Source of the DNA: Octopus sinensis
Taxonomy: Eukaryota
Assembly: GCF_006345805.1 (NCBI RefSeq)
Contig: NC_043001.1
Coordinates: forward strand, 80,228,001-80,292,000
Length of the DNA stretch: 64,000 bases
Direction: 5' to 3'
A program made the translations under genes and the position numbers. The notes under the pieces were generated by a model. That model saw nothing but the letters and a program-made list of their open reading frames with translations, made no database searches and was not told the DNA's origin. The first letter of the stretch is position 1; every line of letters starts with the position of its first letter. Shown here piece by piece: positions 40,071 through 53,911 of this stretch.

Positions 40071-40774
40071 TACAAATATACCCTTTTTTTCTCCTTTTCT
40101 TTTCAAATGTTTTGTTTCTTCCATATGTAGAGGGTAATTATGACTATGTTATCCAATATGGGGTATGAGTTAAGAGAGATTTGGCTATTATTTCCAGCTA
40201 AATAAAGGATCCGTGTGAGGCACCATCTTTGTTTCGTATTCTAATTGTATTGCAGATGATAGTGATGGTGGCAAGGGTAAGGAGAGACAGTCATGGTTGT
40301 TGTTTTTGTTGTTGATGTTAGTGGTGGTGGTGGCGTGGTACTGGGGCTGGTGCTGATGGTAGTGGCGGTAGTAGTGGGGGTGGTGGTAGTGGTGGTGGTG
40401 ATGGTGGTGCTGTGGTACTGGTGCTTGTGCTGATGATGGTGGTGGTAGTGGTTGTGGTGGTGGTGGTGGTGGTGGTACAATGGGGGTTAGTGATAGTTAT
40501 GATGTTGGGGGTGAAATGGTGGTAGTTGTAGTAATGGTGGTGGTGGTGATAGTGGTGGTGGTGGTGACAGGTATCCCAGATTTAGCGGAGGGAGGGAAAA
40601 TTAACTGAAGGGAGATAATCAGAGGGCCCAAGGGAGATAATTACAGACCAGCCGGGCACAAGTAAATTAAGCAAAGGGATATTTTTCCTTTACTGGAAAA
40701 AAAAAAGTGAAAGACAGTGACGGAGAGCATCAATGTGGATGACATGTATGAACGAGTGAGCGAGAGACTGAATG

Positions 40775-40917
40775 AATGAGTGAGTGAGTGAGTGAGTGAG
40801 TGAGTGAGTGAGTGAGTGAGTGAGTGAGTGAGTGAGTGAGTGAATGAATGAGTGAGTGAGTGAGTGAGTGAGTGAGTGAGTGAGTGAGTGAGTGAGTGAG
40901 TGAGTGAGTGAGTGAGT
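40775..40917. repeat. (GAGT)n microsatellite
   Basis: Seen directly. Confidence 0.95.
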
Positions 40918-41659
40918 GCGTGTGAGGGATCGATAATTGTTTGAGCATGTATGGGTTAAGTAGAAGTATGTGTTTGTGCGTGTTTGTTCATCTGTGTGCG
41001 TATGAGTATAGGTGTGTGTGTGTAAGAGAAAGAGAATATGTGCGTATATGTATGTTCTTATGCCTGCAACTTTGTGTGAGTGTGTGTGTGGGGTGTGCGT
41101 GTGTGTGAGTGTGTTTGCAATTGTGTGTGATATTGATACGAGTGTATGTACGTATGAGGATATGTTTGTGTATGGGTAATTGTGAATGTGCGTGCGTGCA
41201 TCCGTGTGTGTGTGTATTCGTCTGTATGTGGTGTGTGTGTGTATATGCGTATGTATGTGTGTGCGGCTGTGTGTGTATATATGTTTGTGTGTGTGTGTGT
41301 TTGAGTGTTTGTGTGTGCATGTTAAGAATGTTTGGCATTCGCTCAGCCACGATATAAAAGTCGTTGCGACACAGATGGGAGGTAAGAGAGAGAGAGCAAG
41401 TGACAGAGAGACAGAGAGAGAGAGACAGACAGACAGGGAGACAGAGAACAGAGAAAAGCAGAGGGACAAACAGAGAGTGAGAGAGAGAGAGAGGGAGAAG
41501 TGGCAACGGCGGTGACGGTGGTGATGGTGAGAGGTGAAAGAATGTGCAAGAAGACAAAAAAAACAAGGAAGTATCCAACCGTACGGAAGGGAAAGATGGG
41601 ACAGACATTGGGTATAATAGTCACTCCGCTGTTATTGATGGTTATGATCATAATGATCT

Positions 41660-42120
41660 GGGTGGCGCTGATGCAGGTGGCGGCGGCGGTGGCGGTGGTG
41701 ATGGCTGTGGTGACGTTGCTTGTTGTGGGTGTGTTGCTGGTCGTAGTGGTGGTGGTGGTGGTGGTGGTGGTGGTGGTGTGGCGGCGGCGGCGGTGGTGGT
41801 GGCGGTGTTGGTGTTGCTGGCGGTGTGGTGTGGTGTTCCTGGCGGTGGTGGTGGTGGTGGCGGTGGTGGCGGTGGTGGTGGTGGCGGTGGTGGTGGTGGT
41901 GGTGGCGGTGGTGATGGCTGTGGTGACGTTGCTTGTTGTGGGTGTGTTGCTGGTCGTAGTGGTGTGGTGGTGGTGGTGGTGGTGGTGGTGGTGTGGTGGT
42001 GGTGGCGGCGGCGGCGGTGGTGGTGGCGGTGTTGGTGTTGCTGGCGGTGTGGTGTTGCTGGCGGTGGTGGTGGTGGTGGTGGTGGTGGTGGTGGTGGTGG
42101 TGGTGTGGCGGTGGTGGTGG

Positions 42121-42151
<31 letters not shown>

Positions 42152-42237
42152 GGTGGTGGTGGTGGTGGCGGCGGTGGTGCTAGTGGCGGCGGTGGTGGTG
42201 GTGGTGGTGGCGGTGGTGATGGTGATGGCGGCGGTGG

Positions 42238-42268
<31 letters not shown>

Positions 42269-42335
42269 GGTGGTGGTGCTGGTGGTGGTGGTGGTGGTGG
42301 TGGTGATGCTGGTGGTGGTGGTGATGAAGACGGTG
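41660..42335. repeat. (GGT/GGC)n tract with internal ~212-bp duplication
   Basis: 'gatggctgtggtgacgttgcttgttgtgggtgtgttgctggtcgtagtgg' occurs at about 41700 and 41912. Confidence 0.9.
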
Positions 42336-42584
42336 TCGGTGCTCGATCGTAAAGGACTGGGATAGAAGAAAGGGAATTCAGATTAGTTTCTCTGTTATTC
42401 TTTTAATACTTTCTCTTGATATCATCGTCCACCACGTTTAACGTCGTCATCGTTGCTGCAACCGTCTTCATCATCGTCATCGTTTTTGTTTTTTTTTGTT
42501 TTCCTTTCCTTGTTGTCAAAGTCCGTGCTCCTTATTTATTTATTTATTTATTTTTTTTTTTTTTTTTGCTGCTACCCTTTTCTC

Positions 42585-43240
42585 TTTTACTCTTTCATTT
42601 GTTTCGGTCATTTGACTGCGGCCTTGCTGGAGCACCGCCTTTAGTCGAACAAATCGACCCCAGGACCTATTCTTTGTAAACCTAGTACTTCTTCTATCGG
42701 TCACTTTTGCCGAACCGCTAAGTTACGAGGACGTAAACACACCAGCATCGGTTGTTAAGCGATGTTGGGGGTCAGGGGCGAACACAGACACACAAACATA
42801 TACACGCACATACATATATATATATATATATACATATATACGACTGGCTTCTTTCAGTTTCCGTCTACCAAATCCACTCACAAAGCTTTTGTTGGTCCTA
42901 GGATATAGTAGAAGACACTGGCCCAAGGCGGTGAGCTGGCATGATCGTTAGCACGCCGGGCGAAATGCTTAGCAGTATTTCGTCTGCCTTTACGTTCTGA
43001 GTTCAAATTCCGCCGAGGTCGACTTTGCCTTTCATCTTTGGGGATCGATAAATTAAGTACCAGTTACGCAATGGGTTCGATGTAATCGACTTAATCTCCA
43101 TGGCTGTCCTTATTTATTTCCTCTAGGTTTAGCCCTTTGTGAGCAATAAAGAAATAATAAGACACTTGCCGAAGGTGCCACGCAGTGGGACTGAACACGG
43201 AACCATGTGGTTGGTAAGCAAGCTACTTACCACCCACCCA
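42585..43240 (-). mobile_element. SINE family A split by a family B insertion
   Basis: 3' part at 42585-42928 and 5' part at 43159-43240, with the 17-bp duplication aagacactggcccaagg / aagacacttgccgaagg. Confidence 0.8.
42929..43158 (+). mobile_element. SINE family B, full length, nested
   Basis: Head 'cggtgagctggcatgatcgttagcacgccgggcg' through tail 'gagcaataaagaaataat'. Confidence 0.85.
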
Positions 43241-43889
43241 ATCCCGCGCCTGTTGGTGTCCATGTTTTCTTTTTTTTTGTTTTTATCGTCATCGTTCTTG
43301 TTGTCATTGCTGTTATTGTTGTCCTCTTCGTTGTTATTTTCTTCATTGTTGTTCTCGTTGTTGTTGCTGTTGTCATCTTCTTGATGCTGTTGTCGCTATT
43401 GTTGTTTGTCGTTGTTATTATTGTTCTCCTCCTGTTAATATTGCCATTGTTGTCGTTGCTATTCCTCTTGTTCTTGTTCTTGCTGTCGTCCGTGGTTTTG
43501 TTTTTGTTACATTTTTTTTTGTTTTTGTTGTTGCTAATTGGCCTCCATGTTGCCCTCCTTGTTTTACTGCTGCCGCAGGTTAAAACTTTCCTCAGACCGA
43601 TGACCAAAATTATTCCAATTATGAATGACCACCATCTCTCCCCAGGCTAATGTCTATAGAACGTTATCTTAAGCATACTTCCTGTTTTCGTTTTTATTTT
43701 TGTTTTTTATTAATAATGTGTGTAATCTGGGGAAAATTTGGTAATTATTTCTTGCAAATCGTGCGAAGGCATAGAAGCATGCCTGTTGGCTAATAGTAGT
43801 GATAGCAACGTTTTGGGTATAGACCTGGGTGTGGAGTGTTAAATGTGATTGATCGATCAATCGGTCGATAGATATATAGATAGGCATAC

Positions 43890-44280
<391 letters not shown>

Positions 44281-44824
44281 ATATCACCACCATTACCACC
44301 ACTACTACCACCAGCATCATCACCATCACCATCACTACCACCCCCACCACCACCACCACTACCACCCCCACCCCCACCACTACTACTGAGACCAGTGCCT
44401 CTTGTCGCCTTGTGTGAAACCACCCTGAATCATATAAGTTACAAATCGCAAGACAAGGACTGCAACAAATCTCTTCCCCCTCAACGATTTTAACACTCAT
44501 AAGCCCCTGTTAGTAAGAGGAATCAATACTAACTTATGACCTCCCTCAAGCACTCGTTTAAGGGATCACCTTCTTGACTGAGCGATATCTTCAAAGGCAC
44601 GCGTCGCTGAAAAACACCCAAGTAAGGATGATAGTAATACGTGTAATAATCTTTTGTTAATTTGGGGAAAAGGATAGCAATTTTGAGAGATGGGGAAATC
44701 AAATACATTGACCACAGTGCTCAACGTAATTTTTCGATCCCGAAAGTATGAAAGGCAAAGTCGATCCCGGCAGAATTTTAACTCAGAAAATTAAGATGGA
44801 CGAAATACCGCAAAGCATTTAATA

Positions 44825-45028
44825 AAAATGATAATCCTTTCTACTATAGGCACAAGGCCAGAAATATGTGAAGAGAGGACTAGTCGAATCCATCGACCTC
44901 AGCGTTACACTGGTACTTAATTTATCGACCCCGAAAGGATGAAAGGCAAAGTAGACCTTAGCGGAATTTGAACTCGGAACGCAAACACGGACGAAATGCC
45001 GCTAAGTATTTTGCCCGGCTCGATAAGG
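44825..45028 (-). mobile_element. SINE family B
   Basis: Reverse complement of the family B body and head. Confidence 0.75.
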
Positions 45029-45032
45029 ATTT

Positions 45033-45601
45033 TGAAGAAGAAGAAGAAGAAGTAGAAGAAGAAGAAGAAGAAGAAGAATGAGGAGGAGGAGGAGGAGAAA
45101 AGAAGGAGGGGGAGAAGGAGAAGAAGAAGAAGGAGGAGGAGGAGGAGGAGAAAAGAAGGAGGGGGAGAAGGAGAAGAAGAGGAGGAGGAGGAGGAGGAGG
45201 AGGAGAAAAGAGGAAGGAGGAGGAGGAGAAAAGAAGAAGGAGGAGGAGGAGAAGAAGGAGAAGAAGAAGAAGGAGGAGGAAGAGGAGGAGGAGAAGAAGA
45301 AGAAGAAGAAGAAAAAAGAAGGAGGAGGAGAAGAAGAAGAAGAAGAAAAAAGAAGGAGGAGGAGGAGAAGAAGAAGAAGAAGAAGAAGAAGAAGAAAAAG
45401 AAGAAAAAAAGAAGGAGGAGGAGAAGGAGAAGAAGAAGAAGAAGAAGAAGAAAAAGAAGAAAAAAAGAAGGAGGAGGAGAAGAAGAAGAAGAAGAAGAAG
45501 AAGAAGAAGGAGGAGGAGGAGGAGGTGGAGGAGGAGGATAAGAAGAAGAGAAGAAGAAGAAGAAGAAGAAGAAGAAGAAGAAGAAGAACAAGAACAAGAA
45601 C

Positions 45602-45633
<32 letters not shown>

Positions 45634-45650
45634 TAACAACAACAACAATC
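45033..45650. repeat. (GAA/GGA)n polypurine tract grading into (CAA)n
   Basis: Seen directly. Confidence 0.95.
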
Positions 45651-45852
45651 TTTTCTACTATAGGTACAAGGGCTGAAATTTTGGAGGGAAAGGGTAGTCG
45701 ATTACATCGACCCCCAGTGCATAACTGATACTTATTTCATCGACCTCGAAAGGATGAAAGGTAGCGTCGTCGTCTGCGAATTTCAACTGAGAATGTAAAG
45801 ACGGATGAAATGCCACTAAGCATTTTGTCCGGCCTGCTAACGATTCTGTCAT
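45650..45852 (-). mobile_element. SINE family B
   Basis: 'tcttttctactataggtacaagggctgaaatt...cgttgcctgctaacgattctg'-type sequence, the reverse of family B. Confidence 0.7.
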
Positions 45853-46304
45853 CCCGCTGCTAATGGATCGGGTAGTGTAGCGAAGATTGTTTTTAGGAGG
45901 GATCTAACCAAAAGCAGTGGCGTTTTATAAGCACGTAACCTTATTGCTTCGACCTGTCCTCTTTCTCCTCTTCCTCCTCTTCCGTCACTAAATCCAGACC
46001 CCTCTAATCCTGCTACCACCCCTCTTCCAATACTCTTCATGACTCGTGCCACCAGAACATCGACTGTTAATCCACTAGACAGGATATCGATATGGTGACT
46101 GTTGGTGGTATGTAAGAATGGATTTCAAAGGTTGCATCAATGAAAGTGATGGTGGCTAGAAAAGAACGGCAATAGTAGTCTTGTTATTGCTGCTGCTGTT
46201 GTTGTTGTTGGTGGTGGTGGTGGTGATGGTGGTGGTGATGTTCGTCGTCGTCGTCGTTGCAATAGCGGTGGTGATGGTTGAAGTAATGGTGATGATAGTT
46301 GCAA

Positions 46305-46346
<42 letters not shown>

Positions 46347-46413
46347 CAGAGGGGGGTCGTCGTCGTTGCAGTAGCGGTAGTGGTGGTTATAGGAGTGGTG
46401 ATGATGGTTGCAA

Positions 46414-46456
<43 letters not shown>

Positions 46457-46495
46457 TGTAGTAGTATTGGTGGTGGTGGTGGTGGTGGTGGTGGC

Positions 46496-46542
<47 letters not shown>

Positions 46543-46574
46543 CAGTTATTATTATCATTATTTACTGTAGTTGT

Positions 46575-46790
46575 TAGGCAGCAAGATGGCAAGATAGTTA
46601 GCGCGTCGATAAAAATGCTTAACGGCATTTCGTCCATCTTTACGTTCAGGGTTCAAATTCAGCCGGGGTTGACTTTGCCTTTCATCCTTTCGGAGTTGAT
46701 GAAATAAGTACCATTTGAACACTGAGATAGATGTAATTGACTAATCCCTTCCACCTAAATTTCAGGCCTTGTGCCTATAATAGGAAGGAT
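46575..46790 (+). mobile_element. SINE family B
   Basis: 'ggcagcaagatggcaagatagttagc...gactttgcctttcatcctttcggagttgat'. Confidence 0.7.
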
Positions 46791-47571
46791 TATTATTGCT
46801 GGGACCCTTTGGTGAGTGGGGTGACAAGGATCTGTGGGGCTCTTTGGTTGCTCCTAGAGGGATCTCCCTCTTTGGGGGAATTTTTTTGGTTAAACTTTGT
46901 TGTAAATTGTTATTATTATTTTATTGATTATACGCGTTTTTGTGTTAGGTCCCGACTTCTCCGTAGTTTTTGCAGCGTCATTTTTGTTGTTTGTTCCGCC
47001 CTTGTTTATAGCTAATAAAGAAAAGGTTATTATTAATTGTAAAGACTGCTCCGTCGCCTTCTTTTAATCTGGAAGGGCAAGCAGTTTTTATGTGTCAAGT
47101 GGCTATCGTGAAAGGCTGTATGATGGACGAGATTGAAGGAGCTGAAGACAAAGTTTTGCCTCTTTAGCCAATACCTCATCAAATTCATATTTCACTTGTA
47201 GAAGAAAATAAGGACGGTCCTCTTTCCACTTTGTTAACAGGTGGATGAGAGGTGCTAACATGGTGCTAGTGAAGTGGATTGCCCTGAGCATACGCCTATA
47301 AATCGACAAAAAGGAAACTGAGAAAAGCCAGTAGAGCCAGTAGGAACTGAGAAAAATGGAGCGAAGAAGCAACATTGCCTCCGCCACGGCTTGCTGCTAC
47401 GGACGATGATGATGATGGCGGTGTTACCTGGAGCGATAGTAATGATAGTGATGAAAGCCACTGCCCCAGAAGTCAGGCCACCCATGGTTTTAAGTTGTAG
47501 TTCCATAAGCAGTCCTCTCGACCCTATCAAAGAATATTCTTGTTAAAATACTATGGCTTATGCACACACAA

Positions 47572-47995
47572 AGGTGTAGGAGCGGCTGTGTGGTAAGTAT
47601 CTTGCTTACCAACCACATGGTTCCGGGTTCAGCCCCACTGCGTGGCACCTTGGGCAAGTGTCTTCTACTATAGCCTTGGGCCGACTAAAGCCTTGTGAGT
47701 GGATTTGGTAGAAGAAAACTGAAAGAAGCCCGTCGTATATATGTATATATATATATATGTATATATATTATGTGTGTGTGTGTGTTTGTGCCCCCCTCCA
47801 ACATCGCTTGACAACCGATGCTGGTGTGTTTACGTCCCCGTAACTTAGCAGTTCGACAAAAGAGACCGATAGAATAAGTACTAGACTTACAAAGAATAAG
47901 TCCTGGGGTCGATTTGCTCGACTAAAGACGGTGCTCCAGCATGGCCGCAGTCAAATGACTGAAACAAGTAAAAGAGTAAAAGAGCAAAAGAGTAA
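47572..47995 (+). mobile_element. SINE family A, full length
   Basis: tRNA-like head 'ggctgtgtggtaagtatcttgcttaccaaccacatggttccgggttcagcccc', internal (TA/TG)n, tail '(aaagagta)n'. Confidence 0.88.
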
Positions 47996-48650
47996 GCACA
48001 CATACACACACTCTCACACACACACACACACATACACACACGCACACACACACACAATATTTTGTCCTATGCCGTACATAAAGGTTTTTCTGAATGTAAA
48101 CCCTTTGTGGTTAATAATGATTGTAACAATAATCAGAACACGCATGGCCTAATGGTTAAGGTGTTGCACTCACAGTTGCGAGATCGTGGTTTCAGTTCCT
48201 AGATCGTGGTTTCAGTGCGCTGATTTATTGAGCAAGACACATCATCTCACGTTTCTCTGCACATACATTTGATGTATTCAACTAACCCTCTCCCCCAAAT
48301 TTCTGGCCTTGTGCCTATAGTAGAATGCTTTGTTATTATTATTTCATATACGCACATTAAACTATTAAACTATTGGAACAAAGAAATTTCTAAAAACCAG
48401 GCTGCAACAAGTAACCTTAGATGCCAAGAACCTTCCTAAGCATCCCAGCTGTCCCTAATAACACTCTTTTCTAGAGCTGCACTAAACTAGATTTTATGCC
48501 TTTCTCATCTATCCCTCTCTTCAAATCTTCAGGGAGAGTTCCTAATTCACCTATAACTATAAGGATACATTTTACAAGCACTCTGCACAACCTCTGTAAC
48601 TCAATGGCGAAGCCCTGTTATTTTGCTATTTTCTCGACACCTCCCGTATT

Positions 48651-48691
<41 letters not shown>

Positions 48692-49897
48692 GGTGGTGGT
48701 GGTCGTGGTCGTCGTCGTCGTCGTCGTTGTCGTCATCGTAGTTCTGGTACTGGTGTTGATGGGAATGGTAAGTGTAGAAATGGAAGTTGTAGCCGTTGTG
48801 ACGATTGCGTTTCAGCTGTTAAGTGATTTAGTTGTCGCTGTTATTGTTGATACGTTTGTTGGTGAATGTAGTGGTGTAGATGGAGGTGGTGGCTATATGT
48901 GTGTGCCTAGATTGCTAGGTGTGTGTGTGTGCGTGTGTGTTTTAATGATAATCTCTATAATCGTGACACAAGACATACTCGCTGCAAAAACGGACACTTG
49001 ACAAGATAAGAGGAAGATTTTGGGCGGTAAAGGGATGCGGACGGAGTGGGTTGCAAGAAGGGGAGCAGAGGATTGAGATGGTCGAGGCGAAGAAGCTAAC
49101 ATTGCCGCCGCCACGGCTTGCTGCTACTGATGATGATGATGATGATGGTGGTAGTACCTGGAGCGATGGTGGTGATAGTGATTGGTGGTGGTCATACTTA
49201 GAGTGTGGTGATGGATGTGTGCGTGACAGTTAATGAGATAAATACATAAGATAGACAGATAGATAAAGAGAGAGAGAGAGAGAGAGAGAAAGAGGTACAG
49301 ACAAACAGACAGATACAGAGAGAGGAAGAGGGAGAGAAAAAGAGAGAGAGAGAGGGGGAGAGAGAGAGATTGAGAGAGACAGGCAGACAGACAGACAGAG
49401 ACAGGATCATGCTGACTCACATATACATACAATAGTGACGCGATTGCGAAGAGGTGGAGGATCAGAAACAGGAACCAGTGCAGGAGGAGCAGGATGAGCA
49501 GAAGGAGGAGTAGGTAGACGTTGACAACGCTGAGGAGGAGGAAGATGAGGAGGAGATGGAGCAGGAGGAGGAGATGGAGGAGGAGGAGGAGGGAGGTAAA
49601 GAGCAGGAGGAGGAGGAGGATGAAGAAAAAGAGCAGCAGTAGGAGGAGGATGAAGAAGAAAAAGAGCAGCAGGAGGAGGAGATGGAGCAGGAGTAGGTAG
49701 ACATCGACAACGCTGAGGATGATGATGATGATGAGGAGGAGGAGGAGGAGGAGGAGGAGGAGGAGGAGGAGGGTTGCGCTATTAATCATGACAGCAACGG
49801 CAAAATTTAACAATTGTAACGATGATGAAAGTGACCGTTATTAGCATCGGATAAAAAAACGAAAAAAAGGTTGCGGTATTCTTTCACAATTTTATTC

Positions 49898-50110
49898 TTT
49901 TACTCGTTCAGTCATTTGACTGCGGTCATGCTGGAGCACGGCCTTTAATCGAACAAATCGACCCCCAGGACTTATTCTTTGTAAGCGTAGTACTTATTCT
50001 ATCGGTGTATTTTGCTGAACCCCTAAGTTACGGCACATAAGCACGCCAACATCGGTTGTCAAGCGATGATGCGGGAGGGACAAACACAGACACAAATACA
50101 TATGTATATG

Positions 50111-50157
<47 letters not shown>

Positions 50158-50230
50158 ACGACGGGCTTCTTTCAGTTTCCATCTACTAAATGGGACTGAA
50201 CCTGGAACCGTGTGGTTGGGAAGCAAGCTT
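49898..50230 (-). mobile_element. SINE family A with internal deletion
   Basis: Reverse complement of the family A tail, body and head. Confidence 0.75.
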
Positions 50231-50474
50231 CTTACCACACAGCCGCTCCTGAACATCCACTAGCTCTTTACATTGTGAGCTCAAACCCAGACGAGGTCGA
50301 TTTTGCCTTTTTTAATTTTTCGGAAGTTTATAAAATAAAGTACCGACGATCAAGTACTTGGGTCCATACAATCGATAAACACCCCTCTCGGCCTAAAACT
50401 GCTGGCCTTATGCTAATACTGGAAATCAACATTATTTATAGGTTGGCCTGTTGGCAGAATCATTAGCACTACAT

Positions 50475-50490
50475 GATGGTCATCGTCTAT

Positions 50491-50531
<41 letters not shown>

Positions 50532-51163
50532 CATCATCCTCATCATCATCATCGTCGTCGTCACCACCACACAACCAACACCAACACCAACAACATCGCC
50601 ACTACCACCACCACCATCATCATCATCGTCGTCGTCGTCGTCGTCGTCTTATTCATCACCATCAATACCATCACAGCTATCATCATCCTTAGCACCAGTA
50701 CCACGATAATCATCACCATCATCACCACCACCACCATCATTCATCATCTTCATCGTCATTATCCTCCCTACCACCACCACTATAATCCACCCTCTTTACC
50801 AACATCACCATTACCATCACCACAATCATCATTATCATCATCATCAACGTCACCACTACCACCACTACAATCATCATTATCATCATCACCATCATCATCA
50901 TCATCACCAGCACCACCACCATCGCCTACACCATCATCACTATCATCATCACCACCACCACCACTACCACCATCACTACCACCACCATCACTTACACCAT
51001 CATCATTATCATCACCATCACCACCACCACCATCATCATCATCATCACCATCATCACCACTACCACCACCTCAATCATCGTTATCATCATCATCACCATC
51101 ATCACCATCACCACCACCACAACCACCATCACTACGACCACCGTCACCAACACCGTCATCATC

Positions 51164-51220
<57 letters not shown>
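50475..51220. repeat. (CAT/CAC)n compound trinucleotide tract
   Basis: Seen directly. Complementary-type (AGT/GGT)n tracts at 46250-46545, 51640-51937 and 52355-52605. Confidence 0.95.
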
Positions 51221-51222
<2 letters not shown>

Positions 51223-51680
51223 AGAAGTACACAGAGGATGGGGAGAAGAAAAAAAGTGAGGAGAAAATGAAAATAGCAGAATGCCCAAGAAAAGGAAGCA
51301 AGGATTCACTTTTCCAAAAATAGATAAATAAATAAATAAACAAAGAAAAAAACTTCCTACGGTAACCGCTCGAACATGAATAATAACAGATCACACATTA
51401 GTACTAAATGCTACAACACCAACGACACTACAATCGATTAAGGCAATTTCTTCACTCCCAACGAGCCCGCTTTCCCCCCACCCCCCAGTCCCCACGCCTT
51501 CCCCTTCATTTCACACAGTGTTAGAGACAAGCGGAAGTGGTCGAAGAGGTATATTTAATCAGAGGAATTAATTAACGGTCATTTGACTCTTACTTTAGGT
51601 GGAAGATAACGTGAACGGCAGGAGCAAAAACATGCAAAATTGTAGTAGCAGCAATGGTGGTGGTGGTGGTAGTAGTAGTG

Positions 51681-51713
<33 letters not shown>

Positions 51714-51882
51714 TAGTAGTAGTAGTACTAGCAGCAGCAGCAGCAGCACTAGTGGTGGTATTGGTGGTGGTGCTAGCGGTGATAGTTATAGTAGTAGTAG
51801 TAGTAGTAGTAGTAACAGCAGCAGTGCATGGGTGGTGGTAGAAGTAGTAGTAGCAGCAGTAGCACTAGTGGTGGTGGTGGTG

Positions 51883-51940
<58 letters not shown>

Positions 51941-51949
51941 AGCGTTAAT

Positions 51950-52230
51950 CGAGCGAAACCTCAGGCTCATCAGTCGATGGCTGAATGACTAAACAGCATC
52001 CATTCTTCGTGAAATACAAATGCCAGCCTCTCGCTCATTGCGGACCATAATGTAGACTCCCAACGTTCAACGTTTTCTGGTACAGAATGACGTTGTTATT
52101 GTGGATGCAATCCGCTGCCATTTCTATCCATGTTGTCATGTAGGTTTAACTAATCTGAATTGTTCTTGGCGCACATGGAAGCCCCTCACTTCTCAGTCAT
52201 TTATCATTGAGCTCTTGTCTTCGAGAATCT
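51950..52230 (-). pseudogene. Decayed AP-endonuclease fragment of a LINE
   Basis: Minus-strand 'NEREAGICISRRMDAV*SFSHRLMSLRFRS' resembles the APE G-V-G-I-L-I...S-D-R-L-M segment. Confidence 0.35.
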
Positions 52231-52400
52231 TAGAGAAATCAGTGTTGATGCTCACGATATAAGCAAATTTTTCGACCGTGTCTTGCATGTTAGGTTACGT
52301 GGGTAAGAAGTTTGCTTTCCACTTACATGGCTTCGGACTCAGTCACGCTTCGTGGCGGTGGTGGTGGTGGTGGGGGTGGGGGTGGGGTTTGGGCAACGGC

Positions 52401-52438
<38 letters not shown>

Positions 52439-52481
52439 ATGGTAGTAGTAGTAGTAGTAGTAGTAGTAATAGTAGTAGTAT

Positions 52482-52512
<31 letters not shown>

Positions 52513-52531
52513 GGTGGTGGTGGTGGTGGTG

Positions 52532-52587
<56 letters not shown>

Positions 52588-53657
52588 TGTAGTAGTAGTC
52601 GTAGTATGAAACAGTAACGCGCAGAAATGATTCAGAAAAATTAGGACAAGACAGGAGTGACAGAATTAAATAAACAAGGACACTAAGAAAAGCTGCAAAC
52701 GAGGAAAATCTCATGGAAGTATATATACATTTGTCTATAGGTTCATACATGTATAGTTCATACACACGCACGCACGCACGCACACACACACACACACATA
52801 CACACAAACACCCATACACACACAAAAACGCGCACACACACACACAAATATATGAGAAATGGAGTTGACAAAAACATGAGAATGTTTCGTAATCCTATCC
52901 CCCATCCCGTGTTATATCCGTCACTATGACCAATACACGTCACGTGTTTATGTTTATAGGGTTACGTTATGTACGATACGATTTGTAATAAATATTGCGA
53001 ATGTTACCAGAGTATCAACCGTTGCAGAATTGATACGAATACCTCTGCCTCAACAATCATCCGGTATGATGTCATACTGGAAATATTGCAGTCACTATCA
53101 AGGCCACAGGAAAAATTTGTGTGAAATTTAAGGATTAATGTAGCTATCCGGATTACCAAAAAAAAAGAGAGATGGAAAATTAATCCAGCTATTAATATCA
53201 GATGTGATCTGAGCAAGTGATTTAACAAACCAGCTCGCACGTACTTGCAATCCCTCATTTCTCAATATTAGTATTCGGAAAATTGACTGAATTGTAACGA
53301 TAATTTGTTCAGTCAGAGTTGGTTCGTCTACCGTTTGTCTTCTTAAGGGAATTTGTAATCTTGCGATATAAGTTTGGAAAAAAATTTCATATCGTTCAAG
53401 CTATTTGGCTTTCGTTCTGCTTCTGTTTAGAATTTATTTCTCAGCTTGCATTGTAGATAATTTCTTATGAACTATTGCTTTATCCGCTCGATTTCACAAT
53501 GATTCGTGCTAACTATAATATACTGATATATATATGTTTGTGTGTGTGTGTGGGGGGGGGGGTGTATGTGTGTGTGTGTGTATAGGGAAAGAAAGATAGA
53601 CAAACAGACAGATAATTAGACAGATAGACAGACAGACAGACAGATAGATAGATAGAC

Positions 53658-53719
<62 letters not shown>

Positions 53720-53751
53720 ATAGATTGATAGATAGATAGATAGATAGAAAT

Positions 53752-53839
<88 letters not shown>

Positions 53840-53911
53840 TTACGTATATATATATATACATAATATCTATATATATAGTGACAATTATACATATATATAT
53901 ATATATATATA

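Noticed and set aside
47103-47205. Possible terminal exon KYEFDEVLAKEAKLCLQLLQSRPSYSLSR*
   Set aside because: Short, no homology recognised, and no upstream partner exon supported.
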